From the NCBI GenBank assembly GCA_018066145.1, contig JAGHRY010000035.1:1-53691 (forward strand): a stretch of DNA of 53,691 nucleotides. The letters run 5' to 3'. Positions 8,501-16,939 of the stretch are shown here, in pieces (positions within the stretch are counted from its first letter, which is position 1; each line of letters starts with the position of its first letter). The position numbers were made by a program, and so were the translations under genes. The notes under the pieces were generated by a model. That model did no database searches, was not told the DNA's origin, and worked only from the letters and a program-made list of their open reading frames with translations. The DNA comes from Candidatus Colimorpha merdihippi (GTDB lineage: Bacteria; Bacteroidota; Bacteroidia; Bacteroidales; P3).

Positions 8501-8534
8501 TATAATACATGGTATGCTACATGAATACTCAATG

Positions 8535-8543
8535 TGGTACAAT
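8535..8543 (+). promoter_or_regulatory. Possible extended -10 promoter element (TGgTACAAT)
   Basis: TGnTACAAT sits 26 nt upstream of the 8569 ORF, with no good -35. A second -10-like TATAAT is at 8501-8506. Confidence 0.3.
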
Positions 8544-8568
8544 ATACATATAGGGAAAACCTAGTAGA

Positions 8569-9321
8569 TTGGAGTTAGCTTTGGCTGCTATCAAGAAAGA
8601 AATGTTGGAACAGATTGAAGAGGCACATGGCCTTGAGCCTGGTGGCCTAACGTACCAGGAGCGCTGCTCACGAGCAACTGCTTATCAACAGAACAAGGGA
8701 CACCTTTGGTCTAGAGAGAACTTGAATGGCTGGAAGAAACAGAGGGCGCGGGAGGAGAAACAGAAGCAAGACATCAAAGACCATCCGCTGTACGGCAAGA
8801 AGATTCTGATTACTCCCTTGGTTACACCGGATGCCAAGCGCGCACTGTACTATGAGGAAGACCTTGGCCCCCTGATTGAAGTTGCCGAGGTTGACGCAGG
8901 TGAGGAAATCCAGAACGCAGGCGATGAGACACAGCGTATGCTTAAGGACTACAAGGTAACCTCAGTACGCGACGACCGTCACACCTATGCTAAGTCCTGG
9001 GTACCTAAGATTGGCCAGGAGATTAGCTACACTGTAGGCAAGGATTTGGTCCCAGTATCCCGCGGCAACGATGGTAGCACCGGTTATATCTGGTCTTATC
9101 CTACCCGAACCATCCAAGTGGATGACACCTTGATCCAGATTTATGGACTCAAGACTTTGATCCAGACTGTGTATCCTGAGCTTCTTGAGAACTTTAAGGG
9201 CAAACCAATGATGAGTTACCAGGATGGAGTCCAGCTGATTGCCAGCATTCCGCAGACTCATGCGCTACTGAAGAAGCATAGGCGCCAGGAGTTGGCTGAC
9301 AAGAAGGCGGGTCTTATCTAA
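8569..9321 (+). CDS. Hypothetical protein (250 aa; start uncertain, TTG 8569 or ATG 8602)
   Basis: Long ORF and the first gene after the terminator/repeat region. The RBS is weak for both candidate starts. Confidence 0.6.
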   Translation: MELALAAIKKEMLEQIEEAHGLEPGGLTYQERCSRATAYQQNKGHLWSRENLNGWKKQRAREEKQKQDIKDHPLYGKKILITPLVTPDAKRALYYEEDLGPLIEVAEVDAGEEIQNAGDETQRMLKDYKVTSVRDDRHTYAKSWVPKIGQEISYTVGKDLVPVSRGNDGSTGYIWSYPTRTIQVDDTLIQIYGLKTLIQTVYPELLENFKGKPMMSYQDGVQLIASIPQTHALLKKHRRQELADKKAGLI

Positions 9322-9808
9322 TGACGACACTTGCTGGCTTTCAATACTGTAGCAAATGTGAAGTTTTGAAACCGGTCAGTGACTTCAGGTTTGACAAGAG
9401 GCGACTGCAATACAGGAAGGATTGCAAAGAATGCGAGCGTAAGGCTCGGCTCGAAAGATACCACAGAAACAAAGAACCCGAGAAGAAAGACCACACTAAG
9501 TACATGCAGGTTTATAGGCAGAAGCCTATGGTTGCATGGAAGAGCAAGTTGAGGTCAGACACGAGGACTCTTATCCTTGCTGGTATCATTCAGCATCCAG
9601 GTTGCTGTGAGGCGTGCGGCGTTGTTGCCGGCGAGACAACCATCAACTGTCACCATACAGCTACCTTGTTCCAGACAATGTTACCTTCTTGTGTGAATCG
9701 TGCCACCGTGATTGGCACAATACCCACCAGGCACCACCGGAACCCACAGCACAGTGGGTAGAGGAATGGTACCGCGATTGGAAAGAGTACCCTGATGTGG
9801 ATGGATGA
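9321..9808 (+). pseudogene. HNH endonuclease interrupted by a 1-nt frame change
   Basis: Frame 1 gives an N-terminal zinc ribbon (CSKC..CKEC) and ..CEACGVVAGETTINCHH. The rest of the HNH core (YSYLVPDNVTFLCESCHRDWHN) is in the -1 frame (listed ORF 9614..9808). The switch must lie near 9655-9675. Confidence 0.7.
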
Positions 9809-10208
9809 GACTACATTCCTTATGGAATGGACTGAGCGAAACTGCCAGCCTGTTGACCTCATCTCTTCCTGGACTGAATTGGTTTCAGTGTACAAGCATC
9901 TTGAGTTCGTTGATGACCTGAACGATGAGCAGCGTATCAAGGAGTTTAAGCACGTGGTCAGGGAAACCAATAGGTTGCTTACTCGTGTCAAGAATACCCT
10001 GGCTACTTGCCTGAGTATTAAAGATGCCATTGAGTATCTTGGCACCCAGTTCGCACCGAGTAGGAACAGTGACGTGACTGACAGGCAGGACGTAGCGTAC
10101 CAAGCGTTGAAGCAAAGATTCCTACGTCAATCAATTGCAGAGTTGACTGCTATTTATGAGAACTTGTTTGAATTAGAAGAGGAGCCCGAGGAGGAGATAG
10201 ATGACTGA
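9795..10208 (+). CDS. Hypothetical protein (137 aa)
   Basis: GGAAAGAG upstream of the ATG. Acidic C-terminus. Confidence 0.6.
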   Translation: MWMDETTFLMEWTERNCQPVDLISSWTELVSVYKHLEFVDDLNDEQRIKEFKHVVRETNRLLTRVKNTLATCLSIKDAIEYLGTQFAPSRNSDVTDRQDVAYQALKQRFLRQSIAELTAIYENLFELEEEPEEEIDD

Positions 10209-11187
10209 TGAGTTGGAAGTCGTGGAGAACCAAGAGGAAACTGACCCGTGGGCTGCGGCATTTGCAGCGTTGGAACAAGCAACTGGCGAAGGCTCTGACG
10301 CAAGCGGAGAGCAACTACCTGCCGGATCTGATGGCCGGGAAGGGCAACCATCTGACACTGAGCCGGGAGCTGTCGAGGGAACTGACCCTGCTGCTGAACG
10401 ACATGATACTGATGAACAACTACCTGATGTATCGAATCCTGGAGAACCTGGACCAGCTGCCGGTGGTGGAGACCAAGTCCCTCCCGTCCAGCAAGAGTCT
10501 CCAGAAGTAGACGAGGTTATCAAGGATTACCAAGGACAGGCACGTAAGGCTGCCATTGAGACAGTGGTTGAAGCCTACAAGAAGCAGGGCGTCCGCTGCT
10601 CTCCGGATGGTAAGCTAGGTGCTTCCCTGAACGACCCTGACATTGCAAAGAAGGATGCCGATGGTACCATCAGGTATTACAATCCTGAGACCGGCCGAGA
10701 GTTCACTGGTCCTAATCCCAGGAAGGATGCAAGGGAGTGGTGCGACGAGTACAACAAGGAACTCGCTGACCAGTTCAATGCAGCCTGCGCTAAGGTGGAG
10801 CAGCAGAAGATGAAGGAGTACGAGCCTGCCATCAATGTTCTCAAGTTTGCTCCCAAGTATGATGCACTTGATGACATGAGGCGCGGCCTGCTTGATGACA
10901 TCCTTGAGGACTATGAGATTAAGGACAAGGATGGTAACCTGATTGGTTACAGCTGTGACCTGGATGCTGCGCTGCGAGCAGTTGATCGCCAGGTTGCACG
11001 CATCAAGTCCTATGCACCGGCGGAACCTAAGCCGGCTACTGGCCCCGAGGTTGACATGAAGAAGGGTAGCGCGAAGGGGAACAGTGACCCTGAGAAGAAA
11101 CCCAAGATTGAATCCATCGCTGATGCACTAGGTTATTTGCAGGACCAAGAGATTGAAAAGGCCAAGAACAAGAAAGGACGTAAGTAA
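10201..11187 (+). CDS. Hypothetical protein with an acidic/Pro-rich N-terminal third (328 aa)
   Basis: RBS GAGGAGGAG. Its position upstream of the terminase would fit a scaffold or small terminase, but no motif supports either. Confidence 0.65.
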   Translation: MTDELEVVENQEETDPWAAAFAALEQATGEGSDASGEQLPAGSDGREGQPSDTEPGAVEGTDPAAERHDTDEQLPDVSNPGEPGPAAGGGDQVPPVQQESPEVDEVIKDYQGQARKAAIETVVEAYKKQGVRCSPDGKLGASLNDPDIAKKDADGTIRYYNPETGREFTGPNPRKDAREWCDEYNKELADQFNAACAKVEQQKMKEYEPAINVLKFAPKYDALDDMRRGLLDDILEDYEIKDKDGNLIGYSCDLDAALRAVDRQVARIKSYAPAEPKPATGPEVDMKKGSAKGNSDPEKKPKIESIADALGYLQDQEIEKAKNKKGRK

Positions 11188-11762
11188 TGGCTAACAAGTT
11201 CAAGACAGTTAAGGGCGGCAAGACTGAGGACCAGGTAACCCTGGAGGAACTGGAGCAGTCGCTTGCTAAGATGACTGAGGATCGCTTAGCTAAGATGGAC
11301 AACATCTATGAGATGATTGACATTCGCTTCGACAGCATCATCAAGCGCTATCAGGGCTGCGCCGGTATGCTGGACATCGTTGATGTCTACAAGCGTATCG
11401 AGGACAGTGCCATGGTTGACGACTGTGTGTACTGTTCCACGATGGTGTACGCTAAGGTTGTTACCATGCAGAAAGCATGGGAAAACCTGAAGGTTCTGGC
11501 TAAGGCAGACTTCGAGAAGCAGAAGGAGAACATCGAAGGCTTCCTGGACAAGTGGCTTGATCCTAACTTTGTTGCCACGCTTGATGAAGATGACCTCAGC
11601 TTCTATGAGAAGGTCCAGGCATTTGCCATTGAGACTGCAACCATGGGTGTATGCTCTGAGCTGTGGGAACTTATCCGTCGCCTGCTGGAGTTCTGGGCTG
11701 AGTCCGGCCGACAGATTGATGCAGTATGCGAGAAGATTCAGGAACTGAAGGACGCCGAGTAG
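11187..11762 (+). CDS. Hypothetical protein (191 aa)
   Basis: TAATG coupling to the upstream gene, with AAGAAAGGA upstream. Confidence 0.65.
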   Translation: MANKFKTVKGGKTEDQVTLEELEQSLAKMTEDRLAKMDNIYEMIDIRFDSIIKRYQGCAGMLDIVDVYKRIEDSAMVDDCVYCSTMVYAKVVTMQKAWENLKVLAKADFEKQKENIEGFLDKWLDPNFVATLDEDDLSFYEKVQAFAIETATMGVCSELWELIRRLLEFWAESGRQIDAVCEKIQELKDAE

Positions 11763-11861
11763 AGTGCACTTGGTATAAGCGTGACGGCTCAGTTGTAACC
11801 GGCTGGGCCGTCCGTTCTGATACCGGGTGGAACTTCGAGGTGGAGCGCGAGGAGGACACTA

Positions 11862-13391
11862 ATGGCTCAAGTCCCTCTATTTTACCAGCCCAGGTGGTAC
11901 CAGGAGGCGGCGTGGAAGCGTAGGTTCTCCGGCGACATCACCTACTACGGCAAGTGTTGGCACCGTCAGGCAGGCAAGGACTCAGATGACATCGAGTATG
12001 CGAACACCAACGCCTACATGAACCCAGGTACCCAGACAGCTTACATTGGTCTGGATAACAAGTGGGTCAAGGCGAACATCTTTGAGAAGTATATTGATGG
12101 ACGCAGCTTCTTCTCTGAGTTCCCTACTGACCTGGTGGATGTCAACTCAACTAACCAGAAAGTAATCTTCAAGAACAAGACTGAGACCAAGGACAACAGC
12201 ATTGTTCGCTATGTAGGATACAAGGAACAGGGTTCCTTGATTGGCTCATCGTATGACAAGTGGATGATTTCAGAATTGTCACTATATAAGCGTGGACAGT
12301 TTGATTTCATCTGGCCCATCTTCGACAACAAGATTGCAAACAATGAGCCACTAGAGGTTGGATTCAACTTCACGCCACGTGGTCTGACCAACGAGGCAGC
12401 TGATTGGCTTCGTGCTCTTACCGGGGAAGATGAGCCCGAGAAGTGGCCCGGGTTCCATGAAGGGCCAATGGGTAACTGCTACATTGATTTGCTGCCAGGG
12501 GACAAGTCAGGCATCTACACTGAGGCACAGTTGGATGCAATGAGGCAGCGTGACATTCTCAAGAATGGTAATGACAACTTGTTCCGTCAGGAAATCATGT
12601 GCGAGTTCATGTCGGTCAATGCTGGCCTAGTATTTCCGGCAATCGAGATGGTTCGCAAGGAAGGACGCTATTGTCCCTACAATCTGGATACAACCAAGCC
12701 GGTGTATCTAGCCTGGGACATCAGCTCCAAGGATAAGCTGACTGACTGGACCAGTTGTATCGTATTCCAGTATTATAACGGCAGGATGTTTATTTATGAT
12801 TGGTATGAGAACAATCGAATGTCCGTGGTGGAGTGTGTGCAAGAGCTATCGCAGCGGCCCTACTTCCACCTCGTTCGAGCTGCATGTCTCCCTTGGGACT
12901 CTGACCGTTCAGGTTCCTCCATGTCTCCGCTCGATGAGTGTCGCCGAATGTTTCCTAAAATCACCTGGTATAAGCTGGATAGAACCTATGTGTCTGACGG
13001 TATTAACAAGTTCAGAGGACTGATGCCTAATCTAATCATCAACAGTGACAAGTGTGACTGGTTGATGGAGTGCTTTGAGAACTGGGAGTACAAGATGATG
13101 GAGTCCATTGACGACTTCGCTAGTACCCCCAAGCATGATAGGTACAGCCACCTGATGGACTCATGTAGGTACGGCGCAGACTTCATTAGTCAGGTTCCAT
13201 ACTTGGCTGACAACAGTGGCAAGCCGCCTACTATGATTAGTCACTACGGTGAATGGGGAGTAGAGACTGATCCTGTTGGTAGCGAATGGGAAGACTTGCC
13301 ACCGGGCATGAGACCAAGCAAGTTCTCCAAGCTGCGCAATTTGTCCCCGGATAAAATTTACAAACAAAGCGACGGAGGTGTTTACTACTAA
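11862..13391 (+). CDS. terL: Terminase large subunit
   Basis: RBS GAGGAGGA. Walker A-like CWHRQAGKD and Walker B-like YDKWMISE, with a C-terminal nuclease-sized domain. The 509-aa size is typical. Confidence 0.8.
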   Translation: MAQVPLFYQPRWYQEAAWKRRFSGDITYYGKCWHRQAGKDSDDIEYANTNAYMNPGTQTAYIGLDNKWVKANIFEKYIDGRSFFSEFPTDLVDVNSTNQKVIFKNKTETKDNSIVRYVGYKEQGSLIGSSYDKWMISELSLYKRGQFDFIWPIFDNKIANNEPLEVGFNFTPRGLTNEAADWLRALTGEDEPEKWPGFHEGPMGNCYIDLLPGDKSGIYTEAQLDAMRQRDILKNGNDNLFRQEIMCEFMSVNAGLVFPAIEMVRKEGRYCPYNLDTTKPVYLAWDISSKDKLTDWTSCIVFQYYNGRMFIYDWYENNRMSVVECVQELSQRPYFHLVRAACLPWDSDRSGSSMSPLDECRRMFPKITWYKLDRTYVSDGINKFRGLMPNLIINSDKCDWLMECFENWEYKMMESIDDFASTPKHDRYSHLMDSCRYGADFISQVPYLADNSGKPPTMISHYGEWGVETDPVGSEWEDLPPGMRPSKFSKLRNLSPDKIYKQSDGGVYY

Positions 13392-13651
13392 TGGGAAACC
13401 TTGAATACATCGGACACAGCAAGCACATCGAAGATACATTGAAGTATCAGTGTGATTACTGTAAGCACTGCAAGAAGGGCAAGAAAGGTGAGTGTCCTTT
13501 GCGACAGGCTTTGCTTCGCCCTGCTACAAAGCGCACCTACCAGGAGGACAAAATCATTGAGTCAGCAATTGGTCCCGATCTGTGCAAGTGGTTTGAGAAC
13601 AAGGATGAGAACATAAAGCCTCCGCTACCTAAGGACCGGGACCGCCGATGA
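13391..13651 (+). CDS. Small Cys/Lys-rich protein (86 aa)
   Basis: TAATG coupling to terL. Contains CDYCKHCKKGKKGEC. Confidence 0.55.
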   Translation: MGNLEYIGHSKHIEDTLKYQCDYCKHCKKGKKGECPLRQALLRPATKRTYQEDKIIESAIGPDLCKWFENKDENIKPPLPKDRDRR

Positions 13652-13980
13652 CAAACAGTAGGCAGAAGGGAGCGCGAGGGGAACGTGAGCTCGCCAAGCT
13701 ACTGCGGGAACGAGGGTATGATACCCGAAGAGGTCAGCAGTATTGTGGAGCAAATGGTGACGCTGATGTTGTCGGACTTGATGGGGTGCACATTGAGTGT
13801 AAGCGAGTCGAGCGACTCAACATACATCAAGCAATGGAACAAGCAGAGTCAGACGCTAGGGAAAAAGAAAAGCCAGCCGTATTCCATCGCAAGGACAGAA
13901 CCGACTGGCTTGTAACCATGAGATTTGATGACTTCATGGAACTATATGAGGCATGGTCTAAGCCTTCTCAAGAGCCTTAA
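13648..13980 (+). CDS. Hjc-like PD-(D/E)XK Holliday-junction resolvase
   Basis: RQKGARGERELAKLLRERGY..GDADVVGLDGVHIECKRV follows the archaeal Hjc pattern KG..ER..L...G....D(I/V)(I/V)..IExK. Confidence 0.6.
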   Translation: MTNSRQKGARGERELAKLLRERGYDTRRGQQYCGANGDADVVGLDGVHIECKRVERLNIHQAMEQAESDAREKEKPAVFHRKDRTDWLVTMRFDDFMELYEAWSKPSQEP

Positions 13981-14332
13981 TACGGCGCTCGTGGTCAGCT
14001 AGAGTAGCCTCACATGTAGCCACCTTGGTTTCCAAGGTGGCTATTTTTGTATTCACTTGTGTCTTCCAGGTATCAATGGTACCCTTCCAGGTTGTCAGTC
14101 CGTTAACCGCAGTTAACAAATTGGCAACGTCTGCTTCAAGCGGAGCAACCTCGTCAATCAACTCGGTAACCACAGCTCGAAGGGCAGCAAGCTGTTCCTC
14201 GACATTACTGCCCTCAAGCTTCTGTGTTGCATTGAAGGTACGCATCAGTATCTGGTTGTTGTAGTTCTGCTTCTGGATGACTTGCATGAGGTCATCAACG
14301 GTAAGCAGGTCAACGATATGACTGACGCTCAT
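13958..14332 (-). CDS. Coiled-coil protein, last gene of the fibre module (124 aa)
   Basis: RBS AAGGAG. Heptad-like sequence. It overlaps the resolvase gene tail-to-tail by 23 nt. Confidence 0.65.
   Translation of the reverse strand: MSVSHIVDLLTVDDLMQVIQKQNYNNQILMRTFNATQKLEGSNVEEQLAALRAVVTELIDEVAPLEADVANLLTAVNGLTTWKGTIDTWKTQVNTKIATLETKVATCEATLADHERRIKALEKA
14017..14048 (+). terminator. Rho-independent terminator of the plus-strand block
   Basis: A perfect 12-bp stem TAGCCACCTTGG/CCAAGGTGGCTA with a 3-nt loop, then TTTTT. It lies inside the 3' coding part of the convergent gene 13958..14332. Confidence 0.75.
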
Positions 14333-14341
14333 GGTGTCTCC

Positions 14342-16939
14342 TTACTTCCACCATCCTTCGACCTTGACAGATGTGGTTATGTTGTTTAAAGTTGAGGTGC
14401 TTAGTGGCCTAACAAGATAGGTAGTAGGACAAACAGATTTTGACGAAGTTTGAGAAAATTCGATAAGGCCAGCATGCGAGCATCTGACTGTAACATGAGG
14501 AAGAGATGTTAGTGAAAACGGAAGATTTTTTTGATCGAAAATAACACCCTCCCACATTGTTCCCCATGCGGTAAATGCCACAACTGCTTTATCTGCTATA
14601 GCTGTCATTTCAGCCCAGCCGTTTGCCCACTTCCTCCAGTGCCAGCCGTTCGTATCACCTTCAGCGACTATCTCGTTCATGGAGGCATCGTATACAACCG
14701 GGATAACTAGGCGGTCATGCACGACGTTGCCTCTGCCATAAGAAAGACTCAGGCAAGCATCGGGATCGGTCTCGCCGTTAGAGTAGCAATAGTTGACAGG
14801 GATTGTAATTCTGTACTGTCCACTCTGGGTGTAAGTTGCCTCCATTACCTGCTGGTAAGTGGCTTTGACAGTTCGGTCAGAAGCCTTGCTCCAGGAGTTG
14901 CTATTAACAGAGAAAACGCCTCCGGCAGGAGGAGGAAGCTTTTGGCCGTCGCCCGTGCCGTAGTCGTAATAGATGTCAATATAGTAATCCTTATCCGTAA
15001 CCCATACACCATCGGTGTTCCTGACGAGACGGATTCCCTGGGTGGCAGGCGTTTTGAACTTATACATTGCCGTAAGGAAAGTGACAGCTGCATTACTGGG
15101 GAACTCCGTGTCAACGATCGGCCAACCATCAGTTGACTTTGTAATCATTGTCTCGTTCAGAATCCTCTGTACTCTGATTTCGGTCCAAGGCTCCTTTTTA
15201 CCCATTGCGTCTGTGACGTACATCCAACCATATTCATCAATACCAATGAAGGATGCTATCCATTCGGAGATACGATAAAGCTGCATGTAAACGTCGTTTG
15301 CAGAATTGTAACAAAGAACAACCTTTCCTGCCTCATGCGCTTCCAAGATTTCAGGAAGGGACTCCTGGCCTCCATGCTCAAAAATCTGCACGCCACCAGA
15401 ATGTTCGGCTACATACTGGGAAACAGCTGCTAGTGTAGGATAGTGAGTGTCATCAGTATCATGCCAAGTTTCATAGCTTCGGATAATAGAGGAAGCCTGG
15501 AGCTCTTGGTTACTGTACTTCCATTTGTTATTAGTACCAACCTCGAAGATGTGCTCAGAGGTACCCTGTACGCCGCAGAAGAAAGCTGCCTCAGACGTAA
15601 TAGTAGTGAGCTCCATAATGTAATCATGAGGACGACCAGTGGTGTACTTACAGAGAACCACCTTACCGGCATCACTCCATGCCTTAATCTGGTCGTAAGT
15701 CGTTACATCATGAATAGCCCATTCGATTTCGTTGGGAGCAAGTTCAGCAATTCTTGCATCAACAGCGGAGGTGGATGGATACAACTCATCAGAGCTGAAC
15801 CAATCAGATTCTGTGGTTTGCTTGTTGAGCACAATCTCAGTGTTACATACACCATTCTCCCAACCAAATCGGGAATTGCAGCTCAGATAATACATATCAC
15901 AAATATTCTGGCTGACAATAGAAGACGAGAAGTTAACTGTCTGGCTATCCTTCCACGTAGCGACATAGACGTGGTCTTCGTAGTTGCAAAGAACTACCTT
16001 GCCATCGTCCATCCACTCTTCAATGGTCCAGAAGTCGGTGTCGTCATAAGTAGCCCACTCAACTTCCTCGGGAGAAAGCTCAGCAATCTTGGCTTCCATC
16101 AGGGCCGTAGTAGGATAGTGAGTGTCATCTTTCACATAAGTGTCACCCTCGGCAAGCTTGTTGCTTTTCTGTTCATACCTTGCATCAGTAGCAGCAGTGG
16201 TAGGATACTTGGTATCGCCAGAGGACCAAGTAGCAGTAGAGGCAAGCTTGCGGTTAATAAGTTCTACCTCAACAGTAGCGAGTGTAGACCACCCCGTGGA
16301 AGTAACGTAAAGCTCCCTAACCGCTATGCCGTTAGGAGTTGTGCCAGTGATACCGCCATGGGGAACAGTAGTAGCGAACACAGCGGTGTTAGTAGAGCAG
16401 CTAGCCATTCGGTAAATATAGTCATTGTATTTACACAAGACAGTCTTCTCGTCTTTGTCCCATTCGCACAGCTCGTAAAGCTTTGTACTACCGTAAGTCG
16501 CCCATTCAACTTCCTTAGGGGAGAGCTCAGCGATCTTAGCTTCCATCAGGGCGGTAGTAGGATAATGAGTATCGTCTTTCACATAAGTGCCGGTAGCGGC
16601 AATTTTATTAGATAGGTTCTCTTTGGTATCCTCAACTGCCTCAGCCCTTTCCCGCTCGGCATCAATGTTTGCCTGAAGGGTCTCTTCTGCCTTCTCAGCC
16701 CTTGCCTGCTCGGCATCAATGTTAGCCTGGAGGACATCTTCTGCCCTCATAGCCCTTTCCCGCTCGTCATCAATGTTAGCCTGAAGCTGTTTGTCGGCGG
16801 CTATGCGTTCGTCACGCTCGTCCGTGATTTCATCATGAACCCAACCAATGTCAGGCAAATGGGAGTCACGTTTCTCGGTATGGTTATCCTTGAACAGATA
16901 TACATTGCGCTTAATTGCGCCGGGAATAGCAATCGGCAT
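14342..16939 (-). CDS. Tail fibre / receptor-binding protein with internal repeats (865 aa)
   Basis: TAATG coupling. N-terminal LQANIDAE(R/Q)(E/A)RAE repeats. Four about 55-aa repeats of the type DDTHYPTTALMEAKIAELSPxEVEWATY..GKVVLC. Confidence 0.7.
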   Translation of the reverse strand: MPIAIPGAIKRNVYLFKDNHTEKRDSHLPDIGWVHDEITDERDERIAADKQLQANIDDERERAMRAEDVLQANIDAEQARAEKAEETLQANIDAERERAEAVEDTKENLSNKIAATGTYVKDDTHYPTTALMEAKIAELSPKEVEWATYGSTKLYELCEWDKDEKTVLCKYNDYIYRMASCSTNTAVFATTVPHGGITGTTPNGIAVRELYVTSTGWSTLATVEVELINRKLASTATWSSGDTKYPTTAATDARYEQKSNKLAEGDTYVKDDTHYPTTALMEAKIAELSPEEVEWATYDDTDFWTIEEWMDDGKVVLCNYEDHVYVATWKDSQTVNFSSSIVSQNICDMYYLSCNSRFGWENGVCNTEIVLNKQTTESDWFSSDELYPSTSAVDARIAELAPNEIEWAIHDVTTYDQIKAWSDAGKVVLCKYTTGRPHDYIMELTTITSEAAFFCGVQGTSEHIFEVGTNNKWKYSNQELQASSIIRSYETWHDTDDTHYPTLAAVSQYVAEHSGGVQIFEHGGQESLPEILEAHEAGKVVLCYNSANDVYMQLYRISEWIASFIGIDEYGWMYVTDAMGKKEPWTEIRVQRILNETMITKSTDGWPIVDTEFPSNAAVTFLTAMYKFKTPATQGIRLVRNTDGVWVTDKDYYIDIYYDYGTGDGQKLPPPAGGVFSVNSNSWSKASDRTVKATYQQVMEATYTQSGQYRITIPVNYCYSNGETDPDACLSLSYGRGNVVHDRLVIPVVYDASMNEIVAEGDTNGWHWRKWANGWAEMTAIADKAVVAFTAWGTMWEGVIFDQKNLPFSLTSLPHVTVRCSHAGLIEFSQTSSKSVCPTTYLVRPLSTSTLNNITTSVKVEGWWK

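Noticed and set aside
11726-11923. 65-aa ORF bridging the gap before terL.
   Set aside because: It has no RBS and overlaps both neighbours (37 nt and 62 nt). The middle part (CTWYKRDGSVVTGWAVRSDTGWNFEVE) looks protein-like, so it remains possible but is unsupported.
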